Of a DNA stretch of 43,826 bases, positions 1-9,719 are shown in pieces (the first letter of the stretch is position 1; each line of letters begins with the position of its first letter). The stretch is taken from contig CAYUEM010000001.1 in the NCBI GenBank assembly GCA_964442925.1, forward strand, positions 1 to 43,826, given 5' to 3'. This DNA comes from an uncultured Hyphomonadaceae bacterium. Its GTDB lineage: Bacteria > Pseudomonadota > Alphaproteobacteria > Caulobacterales > Hyphomonadaceae. Position numbers and translations under genes: made by a program. A model generated the notes under the pieces. The model did not search any database. It saw nothing but the letters and a program-made list of their open reading frames with translations, and was not told the origin of the DNA.

Positions 1-458
1 GGGCGATCCTGGGCCCTGGCGGACGGCTCAGTCCGGGCTTGCGGCAGATGGTGGCACATATCGCGTCGAGCGCGGCTGGCTGCATCTATTGCCAGGCCCA
101 TACCAGTGAGCAGGCCCACCGCGCCGGGATTGATGCCGGCAAGATCGAGGCGCTGTGGCAGTATGAGACCAGCGACCTGTTCACCGCTGCCGAGCGCGCC
201 GCGCTGGCACTGGCACAGGCCGCCGCCAGTGTGCCCTGTCAGGCCAGCGATGCACATTTCGAGACGGCCCGGCTTTACTATGGCGATGCGGAACTGGCCG
301 AACTGGTCGCCGTGATTTCCCTGTTCGGCTTTCTCAATCGCTGGAATGCGACACTGGCGACGCCGCTGGAAGAAAGCCCGCTCGCCTTTGCCGAGGCGCA
401 TCTGGCGTCACACGGCTGGAGCATTGGCGCGCATGGTCCGGCCGCAAAGGAAGAATGA
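1..458 (+). CDS. Carboxymuconolactone decarboxylase (AhpD-like) family protein, probably 5-prime truncated by the window edge
   Basis: The reading frame is open from the window start. The translation contains CIYCQAH (a CxxC..H motif typical of the AhpD/CMD fold) and a helical C-terminus. Stop at 456-458. Confidence 0.6.
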   Translation, partial: AILGPGGRLSPGLRQMVAHIASSAAGCIYCQAHTSEQAHRAGIDAGKIEALWQYETSDLFTAAERAALALAQAAASVPCQASDAHFETARLYYGDAELAELVAVISLFGFLNRWNATLATPLEESPLAFAEAHLASHGWSIGAHGPAAKEE

Positions 459-624
459 CTTGGCAAGGACCGCCAGAGGGTTTGCCGCGCCAAATTGACG
501 CTAACGTCAACGTAAGCTTGATTTGGGCCGGTTGGGTCTTTAGCTCTCTGGAGGTTCGCGGCAGGCTGTGTCATGCTCTGGCTTGTCTGCCACAAATCGG
601 TTTGCAAGCCACTGGAGATCACCC

Positions 625-1371
625 ATGAAGGTTCTCGTGCCCGTCAAGCGGGTCATCGATTACAATGTGAAGGTCCGCGTCAAGTCTGATCGGTCAGGCG
701 TCGATCTGGCCAATGTGAAAATGTCGATGAACCCGTTCGACGAGATTTCCGTCGAAGAGGCCGTCCGCATGAAGGAAGCCGGTGCGGTTGAAGAGATCAT
801 TGCGGTTTCTATCGGCCCGCAGCAGGCGCAGGAAACCCTTCGCACGGCGCTGGCGATGGGCGCAGATCGCGGCATCCTGATCAAGACCGATGAGACGGTC
901 GAGCCACTGGCCGTGGCAAAGCTGCTCAAGGGCGTTGTCGAAGCTGAGGCACCCGGCCTTGTCATACTCGGCAAGCAGGCGATTGATGATGACAGCAACC
1001 AGACCGGACAGATGCTGGCCGCTTTGCTTGGCTGGCCGCAGGGGACATTTGCCTCCGAGGTGAAAAAGGACGGCGACAAACTGCATGTGACGCGCGAGGT
1101 CGATGGCGGTCTGCAGACAGTTGAACTTGACGGGCCGGCCATTGTGACCACAGATCTGCGCCTCAACGAGCCGCGTTACGCCTCCCTGCCCAATATCATG
1201 AAGGCAAAGAAAAAGCCGATTGATGTCAAGGAGCCCGGCGATTATGGCGTCGACATCACGCCGCGCCTGAGCGTGATCAGCGTCACCGAGCCGCCCGAAC
1301 GTGCGGCTGGCGAGATCGTCGAGGATGTCGCCACGCTGCTTGCCAAACTCAAAGCTGAAGGAGCGATCTGA
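625..1371 (+). CDS. etfB: Electron transfer flavoprotein subunit beta
   Basis: [21 protein letters not shown]-terminus and overall EtfB-like sequence. ATG at 625 chosen over the upstream in-frame extension from 568. Its stop overlaps the etfA start (ATGA at 1368-1371). Confidence 0.9.
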   Translation: MKVLVPVKRVIDYNVKVRVKSDRSGVDLANVKMSMNPFDEISVEEAVRMKEAGAVEEIIAVSIGPQQAQETLRTALAMGADRGILIKTDETVEPLAVAKLLKGVVEAEAPGLVILGKQAIDDDSNQTGQMLAALLGWPQGTFASEVKKDGDKLHVTREVDGGLQTVELDGPAIVTTDLRLNEPRYASLPNIMKAKKKPIDVKEPGDYGVDITPRLSVISVTEPPERAAGEIVEDVATLLAKLKAEGAI

Positions 1372-2300
1372 TGGCGGTTCTGGTCATTGCTGAACATGAC
1401 AATGCAGCGCTGAGCGATGCGACCCACAAGACAGTGACGGCGGCGGCAAAATTCGGCGGCGATGTCGATCTTCTGGTTGCCGGCGAAGGTGCGGGCGCTG
1501 TGGCGGAGGCGGCGGCAGGGATTGCTGGTGTTCGCAAGGTTCTGCACGCCGACGCTGCGCCGCTGAAAAAACAGCTCGCCGAAGCGATGGAAGCGCTGAT
1601 CGTGCCGCTGATGGAGGGCTATGATGCGGTGTTCGCGCCGGCCACGACATCGGGAAAGAATGTGTTGCCGCGCATCGCTGCGAAGCTCGATGTGATGCAG
1701 ATTTCCGAAATCACCGCGCTTGAGGGCACCGACACATTCGAACGGCCGATCTATGCCGGCAACGCGATCATGACGGTGAAATCCTCCGACCCAAAAAAGG
1801 TTATCACCGTGCGCACGACTGCGTTCGATGCCGCCGGAGAGGGTGGCTCAGCCAGTATCGAGACCATCGATGCACCGACGGCCACTGCGAAATCACTGTT
1901 CGTCTCGGAGTCGATCGTGGCCAGTGACCGCCCGGAGCTGACGGCAGCCAAGCGGATCGTGTCAGGCGGGCGGGCGCTGGGATCGGAAGCCGATTTCGAG
2001 AAATACATCATCCCACTGGCCGACAAGCTCGGCGCTGCGGTTGGCGCCTCGCGTGCCGCCGTGGATGCCGGTTATGCGCCGAATGACTATCAGGTCGGCC
2101 AGACCGGCAAGATCGTTGCACCGCAGCTGTATATCGCGATCGGGATTTCCGGTGCGATCCAGCATCTTGCCGGAATGAAAGATTCCAAGATCATTGTTGC
2201 GATCAACAAGGACGAAGAAGCTCCGATTTTCCAGGTCGCCGATTATGGTCTGGTCGCGGATCTGTTCAACGCCGTTCCGGAGATGACCGAAGCACTCTGA
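1371..2300 (+). CDS. etfA: Electron transfer flavoprotein subunit alpha
   Basis: [11 protein letters not shown] start and a C-terminal FAD-binding region ([37 protein letters not shown]) typical of EtfA. Translationally coupled to etfB. Confidence 0.92.
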   Translation: MAVLVIAEHDNAALSDATHKTVTAAAKFGGDVDLLVAGEGAGAVAEAAAGIAGVRKVLHADAAPLKKQLAEAMEALIVPLMEGYDAVFAPATTSGKNVLPRIAAKLDVMQISEITALEGTDTFERPIYAGNAIMTVKSSDPKKVITVRTTAFDAAGEGGSASIETIDAPTATAKSLFVSESIVASDRPELTAAKRIVSGGRALGSEADFEKYIIPLADKLGAAVGASRAAVDAGYAPNDYQVGQTGKIVAPQLYIAIGISGAIQHLAGMKDSKIIVAINKDEEAPIFQVADYGLVADLFNAVPEMTEAL

Positions 2301-2327
2301 GCGGTTCGTTTTTGCGCCTGAACCTCG

Positions 2328-2361
2328 AAAGGCCCTGTGGCGTGCGCTGTGGGGCCTTTTT
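2328..2361 (+). terminator. Candidate intrinsic terminator after etfBA
   Basis: AAAGGCCC (2328-2335) pairs with GGGCCTTT (2352-2359) around a 16-nt loop and is followed by extra T residues. It lies 28 nt after the etfA stop. Confidence 0.55.
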
Positions 2362-2452
2362 CGTGTCACGAAAATTTTTGCGATGCGGCCGGCTGGAGGC
2401 ACTGGTCAAAACCGGCTTATCAACATATTCTGACGTTCTTGGAGGATTGATC

Positions 2453-2590
2453 ATGCTTGCTTTGCTGGCAACGGCCTTTGATCTTGTCGTTCTTGTTTTC
2501 GTGGCAATGTTCGCCACGGGTGACGCCGAAACGCCGGATGCACCAACCGAACCGGCTGAACGTCAGGTGATCGAGCGCCTTGTGCGTTAA
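2453..2590 (+). CDS. Small hydrophobic protein (45 aa), hypothetical
   Basis: ATG at 2453 is preceded by GGAGG at 2441-2445 (7-nt spacer). The translation MLALLATAFDLVVLVFVAMFATG looks like a single transmembrane helix with an acidic tail. No family recognised. Confidence 0.35.
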   Translation: MLALLATAFDLVVLVFVAMFATGDAETPDAPTEPAERQVIERLVR

Positions 2591-2743
2591 TATTTTTTCT
2601 GTTTTGTTGGGTTAGGCTGTGGGGGCGCAAAGGCGTCTCGCGTCTTCCGTTTCCGGGCAGATGGGGTGCCGCGTCAGACAGGTGCGTGTGCCGTGCAAGA
2701 GATATCTCGCCATAACCAGCCAAATCAGGCTAGACTGCCCGTT

Positions 2744-4747
2744 ATGAAGGGTATGACGGAAAACCAATGGTCTGCGCCTGATCCGGCGGCACCGGTTTCG
2801 CCGCCAGCGCACCCGGCCGTAAGTGTTCATCACGCCATGGACACCGCGCGCGGCGCAGGCAGCTGGCTGCCTTGGACGGGTCTGGTTCTGGCGGTCTGCT
2901 GGTGGGCTTGCGTCGCCGTCAGTCTGGTCACGGTGCTCGACCTTGACGCGATCATGCGCCAGCCTCCGGTCACGCTCGCAGCCGGCGCTCTGCTGGCACT
3001 GATGCCCGGAATGCTGCTGCTGATGGCGGGTTTCATGGCGCGTGAAAGCGCACGTGCCGGCGCCGCCAACGCGCTTGTGCTGCAGGCAGCCGACCAGTTG
3101 CTTTCCCCTGCTGCGCGTATTGGCGAGCACGCAAATACGCTCGCCGGCCAACTCGCCGCCAGCACGGAAGAGATCAATCAGGCAATGAACCGGGCGCTGT
3201 CTTCGATGAAGGCCATGGCCGGAGAAATCGGCGATGAGCGGATGCGGCTGGAATCGGTCAGCTATGCGACCGCCGACAATGCGCGCGAACTCTCCACACA
3301 ACTGACACGCGAACGCGAAGCACTGGAAAGCCTCGCACGCGAATTGAAGGCGCAGGGCGAAGCCGTCGCACAGGCGATCCCGCGGCAGGCCGAAGCGATG
3401 GTTGACGCCTCACGCCAGGCCGGCGAAGATATCCGTCGCGCCGATGATGCGCTGGATGGAAGGCTTCAGCACCTGCAAGCCACCCGCGGTGAGATTGGCC
3501 GCCAATTGCAGCAGCTTGAGCAGATCACAGCCAGCGCCGGAGAAAAGAGCGAAGGGCTGATGTTCGCCATCGCCCGGATTCAGGAAAAGCTCGAACAGTC
3601 CGAACAGATGGTCAAGGCTGCCGTTCGCTCGGGCGAGGTTGCCGCAGCTGCTGCCGGTTCGACCGGGGACGCCCTGCGCGCGGCTGTCGATACCGCGCTG
3701 GATGGTGCGCGCAGGGCCAGTCAGGACATCGAGGCCAGCACCCGCGCTGCGCAGGCCGAGACGGCGCGCGCACTTGATGGCCTGCACCGAAAGGCTGAGG
3801 ATGTCGCCGCTGCGATCCGCGCTGCCGGCATGGCCGCGCGCGCAGAAACCGACATTACTGAACAGCGCCTGGCGAAGGTCTCCAGCGCTTTCCGCTCCGC
3901 CGTGTCTGGGCCGCCCGACTCACAGCCGCAGCGCGCCGCCGACACGACGCAAGCCGCGTCCCGATCCGCAGAGGCTGCCGACCCGCCCCCCGAGGCTCTT
4001 CCGATATCTGGTGAGCGCAAACCCGGCATATCCGGAGCGATCGACGCGCCGCCGCGACAGGTTGACGAAGACCTGTTCGAGACCCTGTCACGTGACCGCG
4101 CGGCGCACGCAGAAGACGAGGCGCGCGGCGAGGAAATCGCCATTGGCTGGCCACGCAAGAGCGGAAATGCGCCGGGCAGTTTCTCGGAGATTTTCGACCC
4201 TGACCCCGCTGCCACGTCCGGCCCCGCAGCGCCTGCGCCTGGCTTTGGGCCGACCGAAGCGCCCGACCCCAGCAATGTGGTGCGGATGTCGCGTGCGCCG
4301 GTCGGTGAGACGCCTCCCATAAACAAGGATGCCGGCTGGACCAGCATTCTGTCAGACATGGACCGTTCGGCAGCCGGCCAGCTGCCACGCGAAGACACCG
4401 CTGAGGAAGTCATCTCGCGGCTGGAAACCTCTGGCATCGCGCTGGCCAGTATTTTCCGCCCCCGCGACAAGAAGAAGATTGCGCTGGCCTCACGCAAGGG
4501 CGAGCGCCTGCGCAGGGCGGCAATCCTCAGCGCAGCAAAAGGCGAGGTCGACCGGGTCGAGAAACGTCTCAAAGCGGACGATTATCTCTGCCAGCTGGCA
4601 ATGGACTTCCACGCGATGGAAGAACCGGACGCAATTGCCGCGCTCGACCGGACCCAGAAATCCAGCCGCAATGCCAGCCCGCGCCTTTCCGCTTTCCTGC
4701 TGCTGGATGCTGCGCTGAGCGAAGAGCGGATGCAGGATTTCGGCTGA
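2744..4747 (+). CDS. Membrane-anchored coiled-coil / Ala-Pro-rich protein, function unknown
   Basis: Long ORF. Hydrophobic segments (LVLAVCWWACVAVSLVTVL, LLALMPGMLLLMAGFMA) are followed by about 300 aa of heptad-like Ala/Glu/Arg/Gln-rich sequence, then a Pro/Ala low-complexity region and a conserved-looking C-terminal domain. Start uncertain (2666, 2744 or 2753). Confidence 0.6.
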   Translation: MKGMTENQWSAPDPAAPVSPPAHPAVSVHHAMDTARGAGSWLPWTGLVLAVCWWACVAVSLVTVLDLDAIMRQPPVTLAAGALLALMPGMLLLMAGFMARESARAGAANALVLQAADQLLSPAARIGEHANTLAGQLAASTEEINQAMNRALSSMKAMAGEIGDERMRLESVSYATADNARELSTQLTREREALESLARELKAQGEAVAQAIPRQAEAMVDASRQAGEDIRRADDALDGRLQHLQATRGEIGRQLQQLEQITASAGEKSEGLMFAIARIQEKLEQSEQMVKAAVRSGEVAAAAAGSTGDALRAAVDTALDGARRASQDIEASTRAAQAETARALDGLHRKAEDVAAAIRAAGMAARAETDITEQRLAKVSSAFRSAVSGPPDSQPQRAADTTQAASRSAEAADPPPEALPISGERKPGISGAIDAPPRQVDEDLFETLSRDRAAHAEDEARGEEIAIGWPRKSGNAPGSFSEIFDPDPAATSGPAAPAPGFGPTEAPDPSNVVRMSRAPVGETPPINKDAGWTSILSDMDRSAAGQLPREDTAEEVISRLETSGIALASIFRPRDKKKIALASRKGERLRRAAILSAAKGEVDRVEKRLKADDYLCQLAMDFHAMEEPDAIAALDRTQKSSRNASPRLSAFLLLDAALSEERMQDFG

Positions 4748-4780
4748 CCGCCCGCCTGCCGCTGTGTCCGGCAAACCGCC

Positions 4781-5254
4781 CTAGGCCGCAGATGCGTTTG
4801 ATGTCGCCGAACAGAGAATGGCGCGAACCTCCGCCTCACTGGTCGCCGCGCGCAGGCGGTCACGCACCGTTCCCTGCCGCAGTGCGCGGCTGACCTGAGC
4901 GAGCGCACGCAGGTGATCGGCACCCGCCGAAAGCGGTGCCAGCAACATGAAGACAATATCGCAATCGCGCTCATCAACCGCATCAAAATCGACCCCTGTC
5001 TGCAGGCGCATGTAGCCGCCAACGGGTTTTTCCAGGCGTTTCAGTCGCGCATGCGGTATGGCAACGCCCTCGCCGACGCCGGTTGAGCCGAGCTGTTCGC
5101 GTTCCATCACCGCTTCGATGATGTCGCGAGGTTCGATTGCGACCGTCTGGCCAAGTTCACTGGCCAGCTTGATCAATGCCTGTTTGCGGCTGCTAGCCTG
5201 TGCCAGCGGAAGGATCACCCCTTCGCCAAGAAGGGATGAAAGATCGAACGTCAT
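4781..5254 (-). CDS. ptsN: PTS IIA-like nitrogen regulatory protein (EIIA-Ntr)
   Basis: EIIA fold motifs, including STGVGEGVAIPHARL with the phosphorylatable His. Located downstream of rpoN-hpf as in most proteobacteria. Confidence 0.88.
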   Translation of the reverse strand: MTFDLSSLLGEGVILPLAQASSRKQALIKLASELGQTVAIEPRDIIEAVMEREQLGSTGVGEGVAIPHARLKRLEKPVGGYMRLQTGVDFDAVDERDCDIVFMLLAPLSAGADHLRALAQVSRALRQGTVRDRLRAATSEAEVRAILCSATSNASAA

Positions 5255-5300
5255 GGCGGATCCTCAGATCAGGTCTGTGGTAAGTCGAAGTCAATTTATG

Positions 5301-5900
5301 TCATTGCCCGCCAGGATCGACCCAGCCAATATGACCATCCGGGCGCCGGTAGACCATATTCAGTCCGTTATGCCTAGCATTTCTGAACATCATTGCCGGG
5401 GATTCACCGAGTTCAAGCTGCATGACCGCTTCAGACACGGTCATGGTCGATATCTGGGCACTGCCTTCTGCAACCGTAAGCGGGGGATCATCTTGCGACG
5501 CACCCGCCTCTGCGTCCGTGTCATCGGTGTCGTCGTCTTCGCCCGGAGCGATCACGAAGGCTTCAGCGGCCTGGCTCGGAAACGGCTCGCGGCCCGGGCG
5601 GTGATGATCCTTCAGCCGGCGCTTGTAGCGCCGCACGCGCTTTTCCATCTTGTCGAGCGCAACTTCGAGCGCGCCATAAGGGTCACCATTCTGGCCAACA
5701 GCCTGCAGGATGATTCCGGACGGCAGGTGCAGGTTGAGATCGACCTCGAACTGGTAGCCTTCCTTGCTGACGGTGACATGCGCATCGCCGGATCGGTCGA
5801 AATACTTGTAGACGGCACCTTCAAGGCCTTCGGCGATCCGCTCCTGAAGCGCTGCGCCCAGCTCCATATTCTTTCCGGCGATCTTGATCTGCAATGTCAT
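5301..5900 (-). CDS. hpf: Ribosome hibernation promoting factor (long HPF)
   Basis: MTLQIKIAGKNMELGAALQERI start typical of the sigma-54 modulation/HPF family, an acidic linker and a C-terminal dimerisation domain (MTVSEAVMQLEL...FRNARHNGLNMVYRR). Synteny with rpoN. Confidence 0.88.
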   Translation of the reverse strand: MTLQIKIAGKNMELGAALQERIAEGLEGAVYKYFDRSGDAHVTVSKEGYQFEVDLNLHLPSGIILQAVGQNGDPYGALEVALDKMEKRVRRYKRRLKDHHRPGREPFPSQAAEAFVIAPGEDDDTDDTDAEAGASQDDPPLTVAEGSAQISTMTVSEAVMQLELGESPAMMFRNARHNGLNMVYRRPDGHIGWVDPGGQ

Positions 5901-5984
5901 ACTCCGCGAGTTGATACCCAGCCCCGCATTTAAGCGCGAAACTTTAAAAATGGCAAAGGCTTGCCGGCAATGTGTTCGCTCCGC

Positions 5985-7490
5985 TCAGGCACTCTGGCGG
6001 ATACGTCTGCGTCGCTGCACGGATGAGGCGATGCCAAGGCTTTCGCGGTATTTGGCGACGGTGCGCCGCGCGATGTCGATCCCGTAGCCTGTCAGGATTT
6101 CGACGATCTGGTCATCTGACAGGACATTGCCCGGCATTTCATTCTCGATCAGGCCCTTGATGCGATGGCGGACAGCTTCGGCGGAATGGGCATCGCCGCC
6201 TCCGGTTGAGGGAATGGCTGCCGAGAAGAAGTATTTCAGCTCGAAAAGGCCGCGCGGTGTCGCCATATATTTGTTCGATGTCACACGGCTGACCGTGGAC
6301 TCATGCATGCTGATCGCATCAGCGACCTGTTTGAGGTTGAGCGGCCTGAGGTGTGCAATTCCGTGCGCAAAAAAGGCATCCTGCTGGCGCACAAGCTCAC
6401 TGGCGACTTTCAGAATCGTTCGCGCGCGCTGGTCGAGTGACTTGATCAGCCAGGTCGCATTGGCCGCGCATTCGGTGATGAATTCCTTCTCCGTCTCGCG
6501 CTTCGCCAGCACCGAAACTTCGGCATAATAGGCCTTGTCCATCAGGACGCGTGGAAGGGTATCGCTGTTCAGCTCAACCGCAAACCTGCCATCGGGCAAT
6601 TCGCGGACGAACACATCTGGGGCAACGGCAAGCGTGGCATCACCCGCGAAACTGGAACCGGGCCGCGGCGTGAGGCAGCGGATTTCCTCGATCATGTCCT
6701 CGATATCGGATTTGTCGACGCCGCAAATGTCCGACAGGGCGCGGATATCGTGGCGCGCGACAAGTTCGAGATTTTCGACCATCAGCGCCATGGCCGGATC
6801 AAGGCGATCACGCTCGCGCAGCTGCAGGGCGAGACATTCCGGCACCGAACGTGCCATCACGCCGACCGGATCGAAGCCCTGGCAAAGCTCCAGAATGCGC
6901 TCGACATCGCGCGCATCCGCGCCCAGCGCTGCGGCCGTCTCGGAAATATCGACGCGGCAATAGCCCCCCTCATCAGTCTCGTCGATAAGCCTGGCAGCGA
7001 TCAACCGCTCACCGGGTGTGAGATAAGCCATGTTGAGCTGGCCGTGCAGGTGGTCGCGCAACGAGATTTCAGCGCTGACAAACCCCTCAAAATCGAAATC
7101 CTCACCGCCACCCGCGCCGGTGCCAACGCCCGACCAGTCGGTCTCGGCCGACGGACCGGAGGCGGCGGCTGCCGGTTCGGGCGCATCCGAACCGGTTCCA
7201 TTCTCATAGACATCTTCTCGCGGGGCATCGAGAGCCGCGCGCGCCTCGTTCAATCCACTGGTGTCATCCAGTGTCAGGCTTTCGCGAACGGCCTCTCCAG
7301 GCTCGGCTGCGCCCGCGGGATCGTCTTCGCCCTCCGCCGCGCGCAACAGCGGGTTGCGCTCGATTTCCTGTTCGACAAATTCGGCCAGCTCGATATTCGA
7401 CAATTGCAGCAGTTTGATCGCCTGCTGCAATTGCGGCGTCATGATCAGGGACTGGCCCTGACGCAGATCGAGGCGATGACCGAGCGCCAT
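5985..7490 (-). CDS. rpoN: RNA polymerase sigma-54 factor
   Basis: N-terminal region I (LRQGQSLIMTPQLQQAIKLLQLSNIELAEFVEQEIERNPLL) and a C-terminal RpoN box (ARRTVAKYRESLGI). Confidence 0.95.
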   Translation of the reverse strand: MALGHRLDLRQGQSLIMTPQLQQAIKLLQLSNIELAEFVEQEIERNPLLRAAEGEDDPAGAAEPGEAVRESLTLDDTSGLNEARAALDAPREDVYENGTGSDAPEPAAAASGPSAETDWSGVGTGAGGGEDFDFEGFVSAEISLRDHLHGQLNMAYLTPGERLIAARLIDETDEGGYCRVDISETAAALGADARDVERILELCQGFDPVGVMARSVPECLALQLRERDRLDPAMALMVENLELVARHDIRALSDICGVDKSDIEDMIEEIRCLTPRPGSSFAGDATLAVAPDVFVRELPDGRFAVELNSDTLPRVLMDKAYYAEVSVLAKRETEKEFITECAANATWLIKSLDQRARTILKVASELVRQQDAFFAHGIAHLRPLNLKQVADAISMHESTVSRVTSNKYMATPRGLFELKYFFSAAIPSTGGGDAHSAEAVRHRIKGLIENEMPGNVLSDDQIVEILTGYGIDIARRTVAKYRESLGIASSVQRRRRIRQSA

Positions 7491-7496
7491 GCCGGA

Positions 7497-8237
7497 TCAG
7501 GCCGCGAAGCGGTCGCCGAGATAGACCCGGCGAACATCTTCATTGGCCAGCACGCTTTCAGGCGGGCCGGAAAACAGAACCTCTCCATCATACATGACAA
7601 AGGCCCTGTCGACGATTTCGAGCGTCTCGCGCACCTGATGATCGGTGATCAGCACGCCAAGACCGCGATTTTTCAGATAGCGGACAAGATCGGAAATGTC
7701 ATGGATCGCAAGCGGGTCGATCCCGGTAAACGGCTCGTCAAGCAGCATGAAGGAGGGGCGCGAAGCCAGAGCACGGGCGATTTCGACCCGCCGGCGCTCT
7801 CCGCCGGAAAGCGATGTCGCCGACTGTTCGCGCAGATGCGTGATGTGCAGCTCTTCCAGCAGCGCCGTGACCTGCGCCTCGCGTTTCTTGCGGTCCTTTT
7901 CGAACAGCTCGACCACGGACATGATGTTTTGCTCGACGCTCATGCCGCGAAAGATCGATGCCTCCTGGGGAAGATATCCCATGCCGAGGCGGGCGCGCTG
8001 GTACATGGGCAGTTCGGTGACATCCTCACCATCAATGTGGATGGAGCCGCCATCGGCACCAATCAGGCCCATGATCATGTAGAAGCAGGTTGTCTTGCCG
8101 GCACCATTCGGACCGAGCAGACCGACAACTTCGCCGCGCTGCAGGCTCAGCGACACATTGTTGACGACCTGCCGCTTGCTGAAGCTCTTTTGCAGGCCCT
8201 CGACGACCAGACCTTCTGCGCTGTTGCTCATCATCAT
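7497..8237 (-). CDS. lptB: LPS export ABC transporter ATP-binding protein
   Basis: Walker A GPNGAGKTT, ABC signature LSGGERRRVEIAR, Walker B FMLLDEP. Sits immediately upstream of rpoN and downstream of lptA. Confidence 0.92.
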   Translation of the reverse strand: MMMSNSAEGLVVEGLQKSFSKRQVVNNVSLSLQRGEVVGLLGPNGAGKTTCFYMIMGLIGADGGSIHIDGEDVTELPMYQRARLGMGYLPQEASIFRGMSVEQNIMSVVELFEKDRKKREAQVTALLEELHITHLREQSATSLSGGERRRVEIARALASRPSFMLLDEPFTGIDPLAIHDISDLVRYLKNRGLGVLITDHQVRETLEIVDRAFVMYDGEVLFSGPPESVLANEDVRRVYLGDRFAA

Positions 8238-8347
8238 TCCCTCACGCGACCCATATTACCACCCGGCTCATAACCGGAATAATCGGTTGTGCCTAAGATC
8301 GTCTTAGCAGCACCGGAGAAATTTCCGGCATCGGTCCATTCCGGCAC

Positions 8348-8929
8348 TCAGGGCTCGTCGATCTGTCCGGCTGCACCGGCACTTGCGCCAGCCGGGCCCG
8401 GAGTGTCTTCTGCAGGAACGATCAGCATTTGCACGCGCCCTTCACCGCCATCAAGGACAGAGCGGCCCACACCGACTTCGATAACCAGCGTTTCGCCGCG
8501 CGCGACATCCTCGCCACGCACCAGAATGACCGATCCGGTCATCGTGATCGTGTCGGCCTTGGCGTCATAGGTGCCGACATCCCCGCGCGCCTTGATTTCG
8601 GGCGTGACATAAAACACCCGGCCTTCGGCAAGCATGGTCTCGATATCGCCAAAACCGCCGCCGATCCCGATAGCGCCCTGCGCATCCTGGCGGGGCGCAT
8701 AATTCAGAGTCACCCTGTCGGCGCGCAGGCGGGCACCACTCTGGATGATGTCGACATTCCCCACCACCAGAACCTTGCGCTCGCGCTCGTAAACGGTCGA
8801 ATTGTCGGCATTGACACGGATCGGCCCGCCTTCCGACGACAGCTGGGCCATAGCGGGAACAGCGCCCGACAGGGCAAGTGTCACGGTGAGCGCGCAAAGG
8901 CGGGAGCGGTAATCAGCCATCATTTCCAT
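8348..8929 (-). CDS. lptA: LPS transport periplasmic protein LptA (OstA-like)
   Basis: Signal peptide ending AVPAMA. OstA-type repeats (VLVVGNVDIIQSGARLRADRVTLNY, ITMTGSVILVRGEDVARGETLVIEV). Lies between lptC and lptB. Confidence 0.8.
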   Translation of the reverse strand: MEMMADYRSRLCALTVTLALSGAVPAMAQLSSEGGPIRVNADNSTVYERERKVLVVGNVDIIQSGARLRADRVTLNYAPRQDAQGAIGIGGGFGDIETMLAEGRVFYVTPEIKARGDVGTYDAKADTITMTGSVILVRGEDVARGETLVIEVGVGRSVLDGGEGRVQMLIVPAEDTPGPAGASAGAAGQIDEP

Positions 8930-9665
8930 CCATCGGGGCGCCGTCGGGCGGCGGGTTGGGGGTGTCTTCCTGCGGATTGATCAGCATTTCAACATTGCCT
9001 TTGAAATGAAACACATCGCCGTTTTCGAGGATTTCGTAAGTGTCGGACCGGATATCTCCAAGCGGTCCGGAGCCCTGCAGGGGTTCAAGTCCTTCAACCC
9101 TGCTGTCAACGACATGCAACCGCGCACTGGTGGTGCGGAACTGGTATCCGGCATTATCAACCACGCGCACATCACGGAACAGGTCCAGCGTCTCGCGCGA
9201 CTGGTCGAACACCCCTTCAGGTGCCGTCACAGTCGAGCCGAACCGGTCAACCAGTTTCGGATTGACCAGGTCGATGACATCATCATCGGCACGCCGGCGC
9301 TGCGCACTGTCTGCAATGATGACATAGGTCTCGCCGGACGCATCGCGACCGGTGAAACGCGGATTGACCATGGTCACGATTTCGTCGGACTGAAAGGCCT
9401 TGCGCCCGCCGGAGGCTCCGGCAATGGCATTGGCCACGATATGCCCGGCCAGAAGTCCGATTGCGATGGCGGCGCAAGCCACAAACAGCATTCGCAGGAT
9501 TTTCACCATCCCGGAGCGCCGGCGCACCTGCGCCAGCGAAAGCTGCCGGCGTGGGGCCCAGGCAAATTCCTGTTCAGCACTATAGGTCTGGGTGTCCATC
9601 CTCTTAAAAAGTCTTCCTCGCTCGGCTCGCAATTGCAATAGACTATACTTAGTCGCGGATCGCAT
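8913..9665 (-). CDS. lptC: LPS export system protein LptC
   Basis: Single N-terminal membrane anchor (ILRMLFVACAAIAIGLLAGHIV) followed by a beta-rich periplasmic domain. Its 3-prime end overlaps the lptA start. The true start may be the internal ATG at 9599. Confidence 0.7.
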   Translation of the reverse strand: MRSATKYSLLQLRAERGRLFKRMDTQTYSAEQEFAWAPRRQLSLAQVRRRSGMVKILRMLFVACAAIAIGLLAGHIVANAIAGASGGRKAFQSDEIVTMVNPRFTGRDASGETYVIIADSAQRRRADDDVIDLVNPKLVDRFGSTVTAPEGVFDQSRETLDLFRDVRVVDNAGYQFRTTSARLHVVDSRVEGLEPLQGSGPLGDIRSDTYEILENGDVFHFKGNVEMLINPQEDTPNPPPDGAPMDGNDG

Positions 9666-9719
9666 CAGGTGAAAGCGACGTTTTCATTACGCCTGTGTCA
9701 GGCAGTGCGCCAGCCTTGC

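Noticed and set aside
495-510. Palindrome TTGACGCTAACGTCAA upstream of etfB, considered as an FNR/FixK box
   Set aside because: The FixK/FNR consensus is TTGA-N6-TCAA, whereas this site is TTGA-N8-TCAA, so the spacing does not fit. It may still be some operator or overlap a -35 element, but I cannot support a specific call.
6750-8273. 507-aa plus-strand ORF spanning the rpoN/lptB region
   Set aside because: It is antisense to two strongly supported genes (rpoN, lptB). The translation is Arg/Ala/Gly-rich with no motifs, as expected for shadow ORFs in high-GC DNA.
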